DNA of 64,000 nucleotides, from NCBI GenBank assembly GCA_050273025.1, contig CP158635.1, forward strand, positions 8,618,001 to 8,682,000. Direction: 5' to 3'. The translations under genes and the position numbers were made by a program. Below, piece by piece: positions 26,901 to 39,949 of this stretch. The first letter of the stretch is position 1. Each line of letters begins with the position of its first letter. The notes under the pieces were generated by a model, which did no database searches, was not told where the DNA came from, and saw nothing but the letters and a program-made list of their open reading frames with translations. The DNA is from Cenococcum geophilum. Taxonomy: Eukaryota.

Positions 26901-28100
26901 TTATATAGTACCATAGTATAGTGTTATTATATTCGCTATCTTTATAGTATACTATACGGTATAATAAGAATCCGTTTAGGTTCTATTGCTTAGCATTTAT
27001 AAAGTTAATTATATTGGTATTCTATGTTTCTAGGTTAATATCCTTCTCGTACTTCTTTAGATAGGTTAACGCTATAATAGGTATAAAATCGATAGGGTGT
27101 TATACGTTAAAGGTAGGTAGGATTTTCGGTTTTATAGGATCTTATAGGTTTACTGTTAAGAGGTAGGTAATTTAAGATGTTGTTTAATACGTTTTGGACG
27201 TTATTTAACGCGTTTTAGACGTTAACTTAGGACCGTAGGTTTAGTAACACTTCTAACCTAAAGTACTTAACCAAATCTTCATAAACGTGGTTGTTCTATA
27301 TAATAAACGCAACTTAGTATCTCCTAGTACTTAGTGACACTTTTATTACTAGTTTTCCGTAAGTTTAAGGTAGTATAGTATTACCGGGATCCATTCCATA
27401 TAAGCGCATATAGCACCCCTATACGAGACTGTCTCTTCTATTTAAAAACCTAGCTGCTCTATAGTTAACTGTGTATTTAACTACTGATTAGTATTAGTTA
27501 TATAGGGTAACTTACCAATAACGACTACTTGAGTAGGTTATAGTGATGTTAGTTAATAAAGCTTGTTAATTGGAATGAGGAAGGGCGAGGAGCTTAAGAC
27601 TCCTCGCCACGCTAGTGCCGCGGCGTTACGTAACAACCGCTTGCCTTATTCCCGACAGATATAAAACAATAGAAATCTTTTAAATTAGCTATAGATTTCT
27701 AATACTATAATATCTATATCTTTATAAATATCCTCCCTATTTCTATATTATAGAAAGATAATTTTCCCTATATAGATAGCTAAGTTATTAGAGAGGATAA
27801 GGTTAAAAGTAGGGTATAAAATAGAGAAGTAGGATTTTTTTATTTATCTTTCTAGGTACTAAGTTCTTATACTAGAATAAGATCTATTTTTTACTAAATC
27901 CGCTTTCTAGTAGAGTTTACTATACTTCTTATCTTTTTCCTATATTATATTATATAAAGGAGATTTCCTTTTCTTTTTATATAGAACCTTTTAAATTTAT
28001 ACTTATTAATATACTAATTTAGCTACTTTGGGAGACTCGCGGTCTTTACTATTAGTAAAGTGTTTTTCTTTATAATTAATATAAAGAGGAGTAGTATACT
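21000..28100 (-). mobile_element. Second-family LINE endonuclease relic interrupted by the Copia insertion
   Basis: DLILVQE (~27865-27885) on one side of the Copia; FIL.GDYNL (~21430-21460) and IDLAF...GSDH (~21200-21295) on the other. Confidence 0.6.
21560..27657 (-). mobile_element. Full-length (6.1 kb) Ty1/Copia-like LTR retrotransposon, RIP-inactivated
   Basis: 166-bp LTRs at 21560-21725 and 27492-27657 (TG..CA); 5-bp TSD GATAT at 21555-21559 and 27658-27662; minus-strand order gag/Zn-knuckle (~25670-25700), integrase, RT (GMQTDD ~23065-23082), RNase H (NPADAMTK ~22200-22227). Confidence 0.93.
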
Positions 28101-28569
28101 CGTAAGATCTACCTATTATATTATTATTATTAATTTATTACTTAACGCCTAATTTAGATCCCTAGCGCGGGGCTACGCAGACTGCTCTATATACGTAAGG
28201 GAAAAGTAATATTAATAGGAAAAACCCCCTAGCATATTAGGGGGAGAAAAGCTCTATAAGCTACCTTACTAAGGTAAACCTATATCAACCATTTATATAT
28301 ATAGCTGCGGCTCCTTACGGCTGCTTAAGCTACGTCTTTAACCTCTATTAGATATTAGATCTCCTTAATAACTACTATATCTTTCTTCTAGCTTTTACAG
28401 CTAGGGTAAAAGAATTCTATAAAGACTATCCTTTAGAGCCTATTTTAGCTAAATAAACGAAATATAAAGGTAAACGACTGCCACCTAATATAAATATACG
28501 AAATATAATAGTAAGAAGCTTAAAATTAAAAAGAACTTATAATATAGTTATATAATATATATGATATTA

Positions 28570-28980
28570 ACAAACTTTAACCGCTGGTTAAAGTTGTTTA
28601 ATTAGCTAGATTTACCTTACTAAGACTTACTATAAAGATATTAGTTCTACATACTGCCTTAACTAGGCTAATAGTAATTTTCTATTTTAGGGATAGAAAA
28701 TCCTAATTAGTCTATTTAATAATTAGAACTAGTAAAACTCTATACTACTACCTAACGTAAGTATATAAAATATAATAAGTTATAAGGTTTTAATTAATAT
28801 TAAATTATTTTAGATTTTTAATTAAAGGAGGGGGGGGTATTATAATAGGACTAGCCTAGTTATAGTAGGAATGTCTTAGTAAACCACTTAATAATAAAAC
28901 CCGACGCTTTAACTAAATTCTACTAAATTCTACTAAGTTCTACCAGATTAATTAAATTTTACTAAAGTTTGTTAAAGACT
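28570..28980 (+). mobile_element. Remnant 3' UTR, polypurine tract and LTR start of a related LTR element
   Basis: 28570-28710 resembles the reverse complement of the Copia 3' UTR (21940-22080); purine run AAAGGAG(G)n at ~28824-28837 followed by TATTAT (possibly RIPped TGTTAT). Confidence 0.4.
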
Positions 28981-30971
28981 GCGTATATATATATATATAT
29001 ATGTTAATCGCCAAGACCCCTAACTATTTAATTATAAAATTCTTATATTATTCCTTTCACTTTTTTATATAATATCTTATTCTCTATAAGAGCTATACCC
29101 TTAGATTTAGATAGAATATATTTTATTCCTCCAAACCTACTCTAAAGCCTCTTCGTGCCCTTATAGGCTAGTAGTATAACTAGTTACTTTGCTAGTAGGG
29201 GAAGATAAGGTAGAGGAAGGAGAAGGAGAAGAAAGGCCCTTTTTTAGCTTTCTACGTAGGTTTTTAGGGTTATTTCTTTATAGAGGGCTTTTACTTCTTC
29301 TACTGGTCCCTTTAGAACCTTTTTCCTATTTTTCCTTTCCTTTTATAAAGGGATTTTCTTTTACTAGAATACCCTATATATAGTCTCCTAACTATTTAAC
29401 TTACTCTTTTTCTCTTTCTTCTTCTAGCCTTTTATATGCCTAAGTTAGGCTTTTTAAAGCCTTTTATAGGTATTATTCTAGTAAAAGCGAGAAGAAAGGT
29501 ATGCTAGCCGTAATAGGCTTAAGCCCTACTATCTTTATTATTTATTTTTGGCTCTCTTTTTCAGGAAAAGATTAAGCGCAGTATCTTTTTTTCGTTTATT
29601 CTTATATAGCCTAGAGGTAGATTATCTACCTTTCCTATTTCTATATCTTTTCTAAATAGATAGAGGGAGGACGGAAAGGAAGAGGTAAATAATAATTCGT
29701 TATTACTTATCTCTATAAAAGGCTTTTTTTTACTCCTTAAAAGCCCTTAATATTTTAAATTTAATAGCTTATAGCTATAGGGGGGTTTCCTAGTGTTTTT
29801 AGTAGATAAAAACTTCCTTAGTTCTTTTATCTCCTAGTTCTAAAGGTAAAAAAAACTAGGCAAAAAGACTTACTAGTTTTTACTATCCTTCTACGCCTTT
29901 TCTCTCTACTAACCTTACTAGAGAACTTCTAGAGAGTTTAGGCTAAAAGGTAGTAGAAAAACTGGGGTAGTTGTTTTCTTTTACTACTAGAAGTAGAAAA
30001 AACTACTATAAAAAAGGTAATCCTTCTCTTACTAAGGAAATTCTAAGTAAAGGATATATAGAAAATTACTTACATATCTTATATTATTAGGCTTTTGTTT
30101 TCTATAAAGAAAACCCTAGAAAAAGTCTATATTTTATAGTTTGAGTATTTCTATATAAGGGGACTTTGTAGATAGGAGGCTATAAGGATACGATTGTGGA
30201 ATAGGATAAATTGGTAAGAAAGACAAATCCTTAAGGAGGTAAGGCCTTTAGGATTGTAGAGACTATATACTACGGGTATATGCCTCTAGTACGTGACTAA
30301 TAGACGTCTAAGGGGTATCTAGGGGTTATTCTAAGGGAAACCTAAGGTAACCGCAATAATATCCCTTATATTACCCCCTCCTTCTTATAGTCGGCCCCTA
30401 ATCGCCATTACCTTATAGTAGAGGGAGGTTATAAGGGCTTATCCTAGAAAGGGTTTAGAGAGATATTAGTATGCTATTATATATTATCTATCTATCTAAC
30501 CCCTACTTTAAACTCCTGAAAAACTTTAGTAAGGAAAAAATATAACTGGAGAAAAGATATAAGGATTGCTAGGAAACCTATTAGAAGCCTACTAGTAACT
30601 ACTTAGGCTAACCTATAGATTTTTATGCAACTTTATATCTAAGCCTTTACGCTAATCTGCAATTAATTATAAGTATTATAGGTAATTTAGTGTTCCTAAT
30701 ATAGTTCTATAGAACCATTTAATATATAGCTTAATATATAGGGCCTTAGCTTACCATCGTCTTTAACTATTAAGATATAATCTATAATCGTTTTTTATAA
30801 ACCTCTGCGTTACTAATATATTATTCTTATATTTGCCCTTTGGCTATTAAATACAGTTAAGGTATTAATTAGTTAATTAAGGAGACCTACCTCTTAAGAT
30901 TTAGTATATATACTTTTAAATCTAGTAGTTTTATGCCATATATTTAGTATAGCTCTACTACTTAGTAAATA

Positions 30972-31520
30972 GGAAGTGAACCTTCAAACCAGAAAAGTAA
31001 CCGTCCGACCTCCAACCGGGCTTAGACCGCCTAGCCCACGCTTAGACCGCCCAGCCCACGCGCGCTTAGGCCAAATCTCAACGTTGCCACTAAAGATAAG
31101 CCCCTTTCTCGGAAAAGTTAGTAAAATTCTATATGCGGCTTAGTTAGTGCCTAGAAATATCTAGTACGCCTCAACATAAGATAGGGTAGGGGGTTAGGCT
31201 TACTTGAGATAATATGCCATATTTTATAGATTTTCCGAGAAAAAAATCTACGTTTAGTATTTTTTTCTACTACCTACTGGACTGTTACCATAGAACCTAG
31301 CGCCAGGTTTCTAAAGACACGTAATTACTAGTAAAATTAGCTTGAAGCTTCTTCAAGACCGAAAAGTAACCGTCCGGTAACCGTCCGGTAACAGTCCAGT
31401 AGGGGTCTAAGGGTAGTAAAAGTAACCGTTCTTAAGGGGTGCTACCGAGAATTTAGCTTTATATGCTAGAATTTCCGAGAAAATATTAAAAGCGGGCATG
31501 CGCCGCAGGCACGATTTTTT
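30972..31520. repeat. Motif-rich segment at the outer edge of the foldback element
   Basis: AAAAGTAACCGT at ~30992, ~31361 (with GTAACCGTCCG iterated) and ~31417; 20-bp GCTTAGACCGCCYAGCCCAC twice at 31020-31059; TTTCCGAGAAAA at ~31232 and ~31472, inverted at ~31105. Confidence 0.6.
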
Positions 31521-31527
31521 TTACATA

Positions 31528-33610
31528 GACAGAGCTCTGTGTAGAGCTTCGATAGAGCTCTATTTTAAACTTTAATAGAGCTCTATTTTAAGCTTTGATA
31601 GAGCTCTGTTTAGAGCTTTAATAGAGCTTCGTCTAGAACTTCGATAGAGCTCCGTGTAGAGCTTTAGTAGAGCTCCGTGTAGGGCTTTGGTAGAGCTCTA
31701 TATAGAGCTTTGGTAGAGCTTCTGGCAGAGCCTTTGGTAGAGCTCCGTACAGAGCTTGGAAGAGCTCTACGCGGAGCTTTAGTAGAGCTCTATGCGGAGT
31801 CTTGGCAGAGCTTCTGGCAGAGCCTTTGGTAGAGCTCCGTACAGAGCTTCGGTAGAGCTCTACGCGGAGCTTTGGTAGAGTTCTATGCGGAGTCTTGGCA
31901 GAGCTTCGTGCAGAGCTTCGTAGAGAGCCCTGGCAGAGCTTCGTAGAGAGCCCTGGCAGAGCTTAGTGCAGAGCTTCGTAGAGAGCCTCTGGCAGAGCCT
32001 TTGGTAGAGCTCTATGCGGAGTCTTGGCAGAGCTTCGTGCAGAGCTTTGAGGAAGCTTCGTAGAGAGCCTCTAGCAAAGCTTCGTGCAGAGCTTCGGCAG
32101 AGCTTCTGGCAGAGCCTTTGGTAGAGCTCCGTGCAGAGCCTCGGTAGAGCTCTACGCGGAGCTTCGGCAGAGCTCTATGCGGAGTCTTGGCAGAGCTTCG
32201 TGCAGAGCGTCTGGCAGAGCTTCGTGCAGAGCTTCTGGCAGAGCTTCTTGCAGAGCTTCTGGCAGAGCTTCTGGCAGAGCTTCTAGCAGAGCCTTTGGCA
32301 GAGCTCCGTAAGAGCTTCGGTAGAGCTCTATGCGGAGCCTTGGCAGAGCTCCGTGCAGGGCTTCGAGGGAGCTTCGTAGAGAGCCTCTGGCAGAGCTTCG
32401 AGCTTTCTGGCAGAGCTTTCTGGCAGAGCCTTTGGTAGAGCTCCGTGCAGAGCCCGTGCGGAGCCCCGTGCAGAGCCCCGTACAGAGCCTCTAGTAAGCT
32501 TTAGTAGCTAGGGAAATTAATTATGGAGTCTAGCTTTAAGCTAGAATTATTATAGATTAGTAGACTGAGTCAGAGGCCCCACCGTAAGCTCTGTACGGAG
32601 CTCTGCACGAAGCTCTACCAGAGGCTCCCTACGAAGCTCTACACGAAGCTCTGTCAGAGGCTCTCTACGAAGCTCTACACGAAGCTCTGCACGAAGCTCT
32701 GCACGAAGCTCTGCACGAAGCTCTGCACGAAGCTCTGCACGAAGCTCTGCACGAAGCTCTGCACGAAGCTCTGCACGAAGCTCTGCACGAAGCTCTGCAC
32801 GAAGCTCCCCTAAAGCTCTGCACGAAGCTCCCTTAAAGCTCTGCACGAAGCTCTACCAAGACTCCGCATAGAGCTCTGCACGGAGCTCTACCAAAGGCTC
32901 TGCCAGAAGCTCTACTAAAGCCTACACGAAGCTCTACCAGAGGCTCTACGAAGCTCCCTCGAAGCTCTGCACGAAGCTCTGCCAAGACTCCGCATAGAGC
33001 TCTACCAAAGGCTCTGCCAGAAGCTCTGCCAGAAGCTCTGCCAGAAGCTCTGCACGAAGCTCTACCAGAGGCTCCCTACGAAGCTCTACACGAAGCTCTG
33101 CCAGAGGCTCTCTATAAAGCTCTACACAAAGCTCTGCACAAAGCTCTACCAGAGGCTCTCTACGAAGCTCCCTCGAAGCTCCGCACGAAGCTCTACCAAG
33201 ACTCCGCATAGAGCTCTGCACGGAGCTCTACCAAAGGCTCTGCCAGAAGCTCTACGCGAAGCTCTACGCGAAGCTCTACCAGAGGCTCTCTACGAAGCTC
33301 TACACGAAGCTCTACCAGAGGCTCTAAGAAGCTCCCTTAAAGCTCTGCACGAAGCCCTACCAAGACTCCACATAGAGGCTCCGCGTAGAGCTCTACCGAA
33401 GCTCTATACGGAGCTCTACTAAAGGCTCTGCTAGAGGCTCTGCCAGAAGCTCTGCCAGAAGCTCTACACAAAGCTCTGCTAGACAAAGCTCCCTTAAAGC
33501 TCTGCACGGAGCTCTGCTAAGACTCCGCATAGAGCTCTACTAAAGCTCTGCGTAGAGATCTACTAAAGCTTAACACGGAGCTCTACTAAAGCTCTATACG
33601 GAGCTCTATA
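31528..33610. repeat. 12-bp-unit minisatellite array (GCAGAGCTTCGT family); orientation flips at ~32510-32570
   Basis: Well over a hundred AGAGCT/AGCTCT cores; ten perfect GAAGCTCTGCAC units at 32681-32800. Confidence 0.95.
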
Positions 33611-34099
33611 TTTACTATAAATTAGATTAATCTAATTTTTATTAACGTCTAGTTCCTATATAGATTAATATTATACTAAACCAGATTAGCGTTAAGCTAT
33701 ATAAAGCTATTAAGCTTTAATTAGTAGGAGATAGATTCTATTTATAGAATATAGATATTACGTATTAAGGATTAATTATTTATAGGTAATTATTTTATGT
33801 TATTTAGGTATTTATAAGTATATACTTTTATATATACCTATACCTACCTAACCTATTATAAGCCCTATATCCGCGGCTAATTCTATTAAAACTATAGTAT
33901 TTATAGCTTTCTAAAGTATATCTTTCTAAGTTAAAAACTTATAGATTAATATAGTTAATAGTTAATTTAATATTATAATAAGTAGTTTATTTTAAAGGAA
34001 AATCTTATTAATTAATTTTTAGTAATATAGCTCTATATTAAGTAGAGCAGCTATATACTAAATAAGGTAGATCTATAGAGTAGAGTAGCTAAATATAGA

Positions 34100-34850
34100 A
34101 GTATTTAATATTAGTATTTCTAAAGGTAATAAACTTATCTTTTAGTAGGGCTTTAGTAAGGCCGTTAACTACGTATTTTTTATTAAAATATACTATAGCT
34201 ATACTTTTTCTTTAGTCTATCTCTTCTATATATAGAAATATTAGATTATAATATACTTTATCCTAAAGTAAAATTAGAGGTTTTTAGCTAATACTATAGC
34301 GTCTTAGTTATCTCTATAGATTATAGTTACTATTAGATCTTTTTTTAATTTAAGTAGTTCTACTAAGAGGTATCTTAGCTAGACGGCTTTTTTAGAAGCC
34401 TTATAGGATAATAAGGTAATAACTACTTATCTCTTTAATAACTAGCTAATTACTTTACTTCTAATATTAAAGATATATTATTTAGTATAATATTTAGTTA
34501 TAATATCTCTTATTTAGTCTAAGTTAATATATTTAACTAGTTATTTTAAGGAATTAAAGTAGGCTAACTTTAGGTTAATAGTATCTTAAAAGTATTAAAA
34601 TATAAAGTTCTTTAAGTTAGCTATATAGCGACTATAGACTAATATAGTATATATAATATCTAATTAAATTAAGGCCTATAATAGGTTTAGTAGGTATAGG
34701 TAATACTACTTTACTCCCTATCTATTTATAAAAGATATATCTAAAAAAGTATATATCTATAAATATCTAAATATTTTAAAAGAATTACTTATAAATAATT
34801 AACCCCTATTAGATATATCTACCTTCTATAAATAGAAACTACCTCTTACT
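34100..34850 (-). mobile_element. Copia RT/RNase H fragment lying between minisatellite blocks
   Basis: De-RIP reading GDNQ.AI.LAKNPQFHSRTKHI (~34250-34320) and DGLTKAL.KDKF (~34130-34170); no LTRs seen. Confidence 0.7.
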
Positions 34851-34854
34851 AATT

Positions 34855-35943
34855 AAGACTTCGATAGAGTTCTATCTAGAGCTTCAATAGAGCTCTGTGT
34901 AGAGCTTTAGTAGAGCTCCATATAGAGCTTTAGTAGAGCTCCGTGTAGGGCTTTAGTAGAGCTCTATATAGAGCTTTGGTAGAGCTTCTGGTAGAGCCTT
35001 TAGTAGAGCTCTATATAGAGTTTTATACGAAGTCTTAGCAGAGCTTCGTGCAGAGCTTCGTAGAGAGCCTTTAGTAGAGCTTTATATAGAGCTTCTGGCA
35101 GAGCCTTTAGTAGAGCTCTATGCGGAGTCTTGGCAGAGCTTTATGTAGAGCTTTAAGGGAGCTTCGTAGAGAACCTCTAGCAGAGCTTTTAGTAGAGCCT
35201 TTGGTAGAGCTCCGTGCAGAGCCTATATTAAGCCCATAAGAGCCCCGTACAGAGCCCCGTGCGGAGCCCCTAGTAAAGCTTTAGTAACTAGGGAAATTAA
35301 TTATAGAGCCTAGCTTAAAGCTAGAATTATTATAGATTAGTAAACTCTTAGTTTAATGCAGTACGGGCTAAAACTAAGTTAGAGGCTTTACCAAAAGCTC
35401 TACCAGAAAGCTCTGCGCGAAGCTCTGCTAGAAAGCTCTACGCGAAGCTCTACCAGAGGCTCTCTACGAAGCTCCCTCAAAGCTCTGCACGGAGCTCTGC
35501 CAAGACTCCGTACAGAGCTTTGAGGGAGCTTTATAGAGAGCCTCTGGCAGAGCTTCGTGCAGAGCTTCGTACAGAGCTTCGTGCAGAGCTTTATAAAGAG
35601 CTTCTGGCAGAGCTTCGTGTAGAGCCTTTAGTAGAGCTCCGTGCAGAGCTTTAAGGGCTTCGTAGAGAGCCTCTGGCAGAGCTTCGCGCAGAGCTTTCTG
35701 GCAGAGCCTTTAGTAGAGTCTCTAAATTAGTTTTAGCCCGTGCTACATTTAACTAAAAGTCTACTAATCTATAATAATTCTAGCTTAAGGCTAGGCTCTA
35801 TAATTAATTTCCCTAGCTACCAAAGCTTTACTAGAGGCTCTACACGGGGCTCTGCACAGAGCTCTATATAGGCTCTACACGGAGCTCTACTAAAGGCTCT
35901 GCTAGAAAGCTCTACCAGAAAGCTCAAAGCTCTGCCAGAGGCT
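34855..35943. repeat. Second minisatellite block, containing a ~530-bp internal palindrome
   Basis: Direct homologue of 31600-32570; spacer module at 35289-35385 recurs inverted at 35720-35816. Confidence 0.9.
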
Positions 35944-36178
35944 GAGTCTAAAGGTCGGAGAGTGTAGCCAAAAGCTCCAGAAGTATTCAAATACGCCACG
36001 TCGCAAAATCTTACACTTAATGAACTTTAGCCCCGTGCGCGCACACCTAATAAGCTTTTAATACAAAATTCTTTAAAATTATCATAATTAATATATTAAA
36101 GCTACACATTATTATATAATATTGCAACTATACCCTATCTTTGGCGTATTCAAGATCGTACAAATCTTAGCATTAAAA

Positions 36179-39100
36179 ATGGCCAATAATACGCAAGCAT
36201 CCCAAAGTGCGCAAAGATATATCCAGGATAGATTAACAATATATCCAGGATATAATCCAGGTACCCTTACGCACTTACCTATCTTGGGTAATTCTTCTAT
36301 ACTACTGCCAATAGAAAAAACTCAGCCTTTAATTAAAGACTTAGAATAATTACGGGAGGACTTCTTCTATAAAGGGCAACGGGTGTAGGAGGAACGCATA
36401 TATATGAATATTAAAGACGGTAATTAGGATATATCCGGCTTATATTAGGAGTACTACCAAGATATTTAATCCCAAATGCCCATGCTATAACGATCTACCA
36501 ACGCCTCTTCTTTAACGATAGTAGTAAGTAGAATTATATAACGCGAGCTATATATAATATATAAACTAATTATCTCTATAATATAGCCAGGCTTAATATT
36601 AATTATATAAACTGGATCGCTTGCAGTAGAAAGACTTATGTTTAATTAAGAAATACCGGAATATCCTATATCCTCTAAGCACGGGATTAGATATATTATA
36701 GATTTATCTAGCCTATAGCTGAATAATAAGAATATTACAAAGATATACGAAAATATAAGACACTATATCCTAGATAGATCCTATATATAACTTAGTTCTA
36801 ATATAGATAGATATAATACTTATGCATATTAAAGAACAAAATAAGTATAACATACCCTCTTTTTAGCCTCCAAAAGTATTTTAGAAGATAGATACCCTAT
36901 TTAGGCGTGTTTTATTACGAATATTTAGACCCTTAACTATAAAACTTTTATCACAAGCAAATTATAGTAGAGGACTAGGAAAGAATACGTAAATTATAAG
37001 AAAAAGTATAATATATCTATAATATTATGCTACTATATCTAAGTTATAATATAGACGTCACAAACTCTTATATATTTCCTCGGCGATTTAATAGAATTAA
37101 ATTAAGATAATATTAAACAAAGAAACACGAACACGTAAGACATTTATTTATATTATCTATTTTTATTAACATATATATAGGCTTTATAATAGTATTTGTT
37201 ATGCATTTTAGCACTAGATTGCCTATATAGAGTAGAGTACTAGTTGCAAGCTATATCTTTATATTATAAAGTATATAGTTAGTGTCTAATAGATCCTAAA
37301 TATATTACTACTATAACTAAGCTATAACTAGTCACTTATAGATAGACCCGTGGCAAGTATATACTATACTAAGGGAAGTCAAACACAGAACTATAAAAAA
37401 CACTACTAAAAGTCTCTTTCTTCAGTTTTAAGATACTTATTAAAGTATTTAAGAGATTTACTTAACCAAGGCTATTAGGGTACCCTAGAAACCTATGCAG
37501 CGGTAGAGCACAGAAAGAAAAGATCAGATAATTGCGGTAAGTTATTATAATATATATATAACTATGATATAACTATAATATAACTATAATATAATACTAA
37601 TATATCTAGGTTGTAACCACGCCCAAGGGCCTAGAAAATGGGTACTAGCCCCATATAACGTGGAGTTTAATTATATATAGCTAGATAATATTAAGGATTG
37701 CCCTTATATTATTTTAACTTCTTATGGTAAATATATGCATCCTCTAGCGCCTCCATCAAAGGTTCTAATACAGCTTATTAAAGAACTTTAATAACAAATC
37801 TAGTAACAGTCGGGGCTAGGGCTTACTCTAAGTATATTATATCTAAGCTATATTAATACTCTATTCTTACTCTATTAAGCTCTTTTATATATAGCCCTTT
37901 AATAAAAGAGTTTTGCGAAAAATACGATGTTACTAGCCTTCTAAGCCTTTATTAAAGCCTAGTAAATTTTAACAAGATTTAATATATAATTAAAAAGCAA
38001 TAGCTTTTATTATTTCTATAAGGTTAAGATATATAAGGGGTAATATTTAAAAAGCATCTGTATTATAAAACTGGTCCTGGATATATACAAGATATATTCT
38101 ATAAAAATGGTAAGCTAATAATTATATACTTTTAAAAAGGCCAGGCAGAAATACTATTAACGTTAAAAACGTTTAAAATTGATATGTCGTTTAAACGAGT
38201 TGGTACAGCTAGGCTAGATAAGGTTATAATTGCTGTAAATATCCCTAGAATTAATAAAGGTATTATATAACCCAGTTATATTATGGTTATATCTTTATTC
38301 TAATAAGGCTATAGTTATTATACTAATAAGAGTTTTTATAAACTAAGCTATGGGCCAATTAGCAGAGATGTATTAACAACTTTTCTATACTATATTCCGC
38401 TTATATAAGAATTACGGCTATTTAACTTATTAGAGTTATATCTATAAACGTGGATTTTATGCAGCTCTTATAGATATGGATAGGGCGCAGGCAAAAGGTA
38501 TTTTATAATACGTATATGTTAAAGATATTACTAAAATATATTAGGGCTTGGCCTTTACCTAGTAGATATTAACCCCTCGCAGACCTGGCAGGGCTATATG
38601 AAGTCTACAATTATATATTACCAAATCCACATTCTTCGCGGTATTTATTGGGTTATTAGAGCCGGAAATATAGGCTAAGATAGTATTAGGTAACACATGG
38701 CTTTAATTATGGAGGCTATAAGCCGCAAGCAATACTATAAAATTTTAGACGCGATTAAAGGTATAGAGATATTATATCCCTAATTAATCCATACTATATC
38801 CATATTCTAACATTCACGGTTATAGAAAAGTATAGTAATAACCATAAAATCGTAAACTGGTGTTGATATAAGCGATATATATATATTACATCTGGAATAA
38901 ATCTATATTGTAGTAAAATAGACAGCAATATATTCTCTATAATTATAAAGAATATAAACGCCGTTGAATGCTCCCATTTTTAAGCGAATAATCTTAGGCA
39001 TTAATTAAGCCTTTTAGCTGCTATTTTAATGTTAGTATATCTTATATATCCGTAATATAGTATTATAATAACAATTATAGTGGATAAAGAATTAATATTT

Positions 39101-39871
39101 TTAATTTTAAAGCGTGGAAGGCGTATTATTAGCATGGGATTTTATATATATCGCGAACTACATCTATCGCTAAAAGAATGGCTCTGGTAGAGAAGCGTAA
39201 ATGTATAGATTTATTATAGCTCTAATATGGATATATTGCTAATATAATCTGTTATAGTTCTATAAGTTTTAAAAGAGCTAGAAAAATTAAGAAAACAGGC
39301 CTATACTAGTAAAGGAAAAGCTAATGCTATATCTATAAGTATTAAAGAGAATAAAAATTTTAATTTTAATAATATTATATTAGATATATTATCTTCCGGA
39401 ACTAGTATACGCCCACGGTTATAATTACAAAGTTTGCGAGGCGTATAATTAAAATCTCACTTATAATCTCTTGCCTCTATTCGCTTTAGTATATTATATT
39501 TTAGATCTTACCAAATTCTATAAAGCTAATATTTTTTAGTTTCCTCTATTACAACATTAAATGATAGTTAAGTTTCGCTCTCTCCTAGGCCTATTTCACC
39601 GTTGGGTAGGATTATCTAGATATATCCTTAATATATCCAGCTTATAAGCTAACTATATCTAGGACATAAGAGTAGCTCCCAGTCTTTACTTCGCATAACT
39701 ATTACTTAATAAGCTTAATTCTTATAATAGTTAATGCTACAGCAATCCCAATTAAATATTCGTGAGTAAGAAGCCTAGGTTTTACGTATAGAAGCTAAAG
39801 TAAAAGCAATTAAACTATAAAATTAAAAGATGGAATTGGAGCTTAGAAAATTAGAATAAGAACTTGGTTAG
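36179..39871 (+). pseudogene. Multi-intron Mutator-like (MULE) DDE transposase, RIP-inactivated
   Basis: Ordered motifs: C..H.H segment CPYIILTS.GK.MHP (~37700-37745); F.IDMSFKRV (D at 38181); LIDMDRAQAKG (D at 38473); (C)QIHILRGI (~38619-38645); N.NAVECSH (E at 38966); coiled-coil-like C-terminus; many GT..CTAA..AG introns. Confidence 0.72.
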
Positions 39872-39949
39872 TACAAACTTCTATATTTATAAGCATAAAG
39901 GGCGGAGGTTATATTAAGGTAATTACCTAGATATAAAGACATTATAATG

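Noticed and set aside
31528..35943. CRISPR-like array
   Set aside because: Contiguous degenerate 12-mers with no unique spacers, in eukaryotic RIPped DNA, and no cas genes.
36179..39871. Starship captain (tyrosine recombinase) or Helitron Rep/helicase
   Set aside because: No tyrosine-recombinase, HUH or helicase motifs seen; the motif order fits a DDE transposase.
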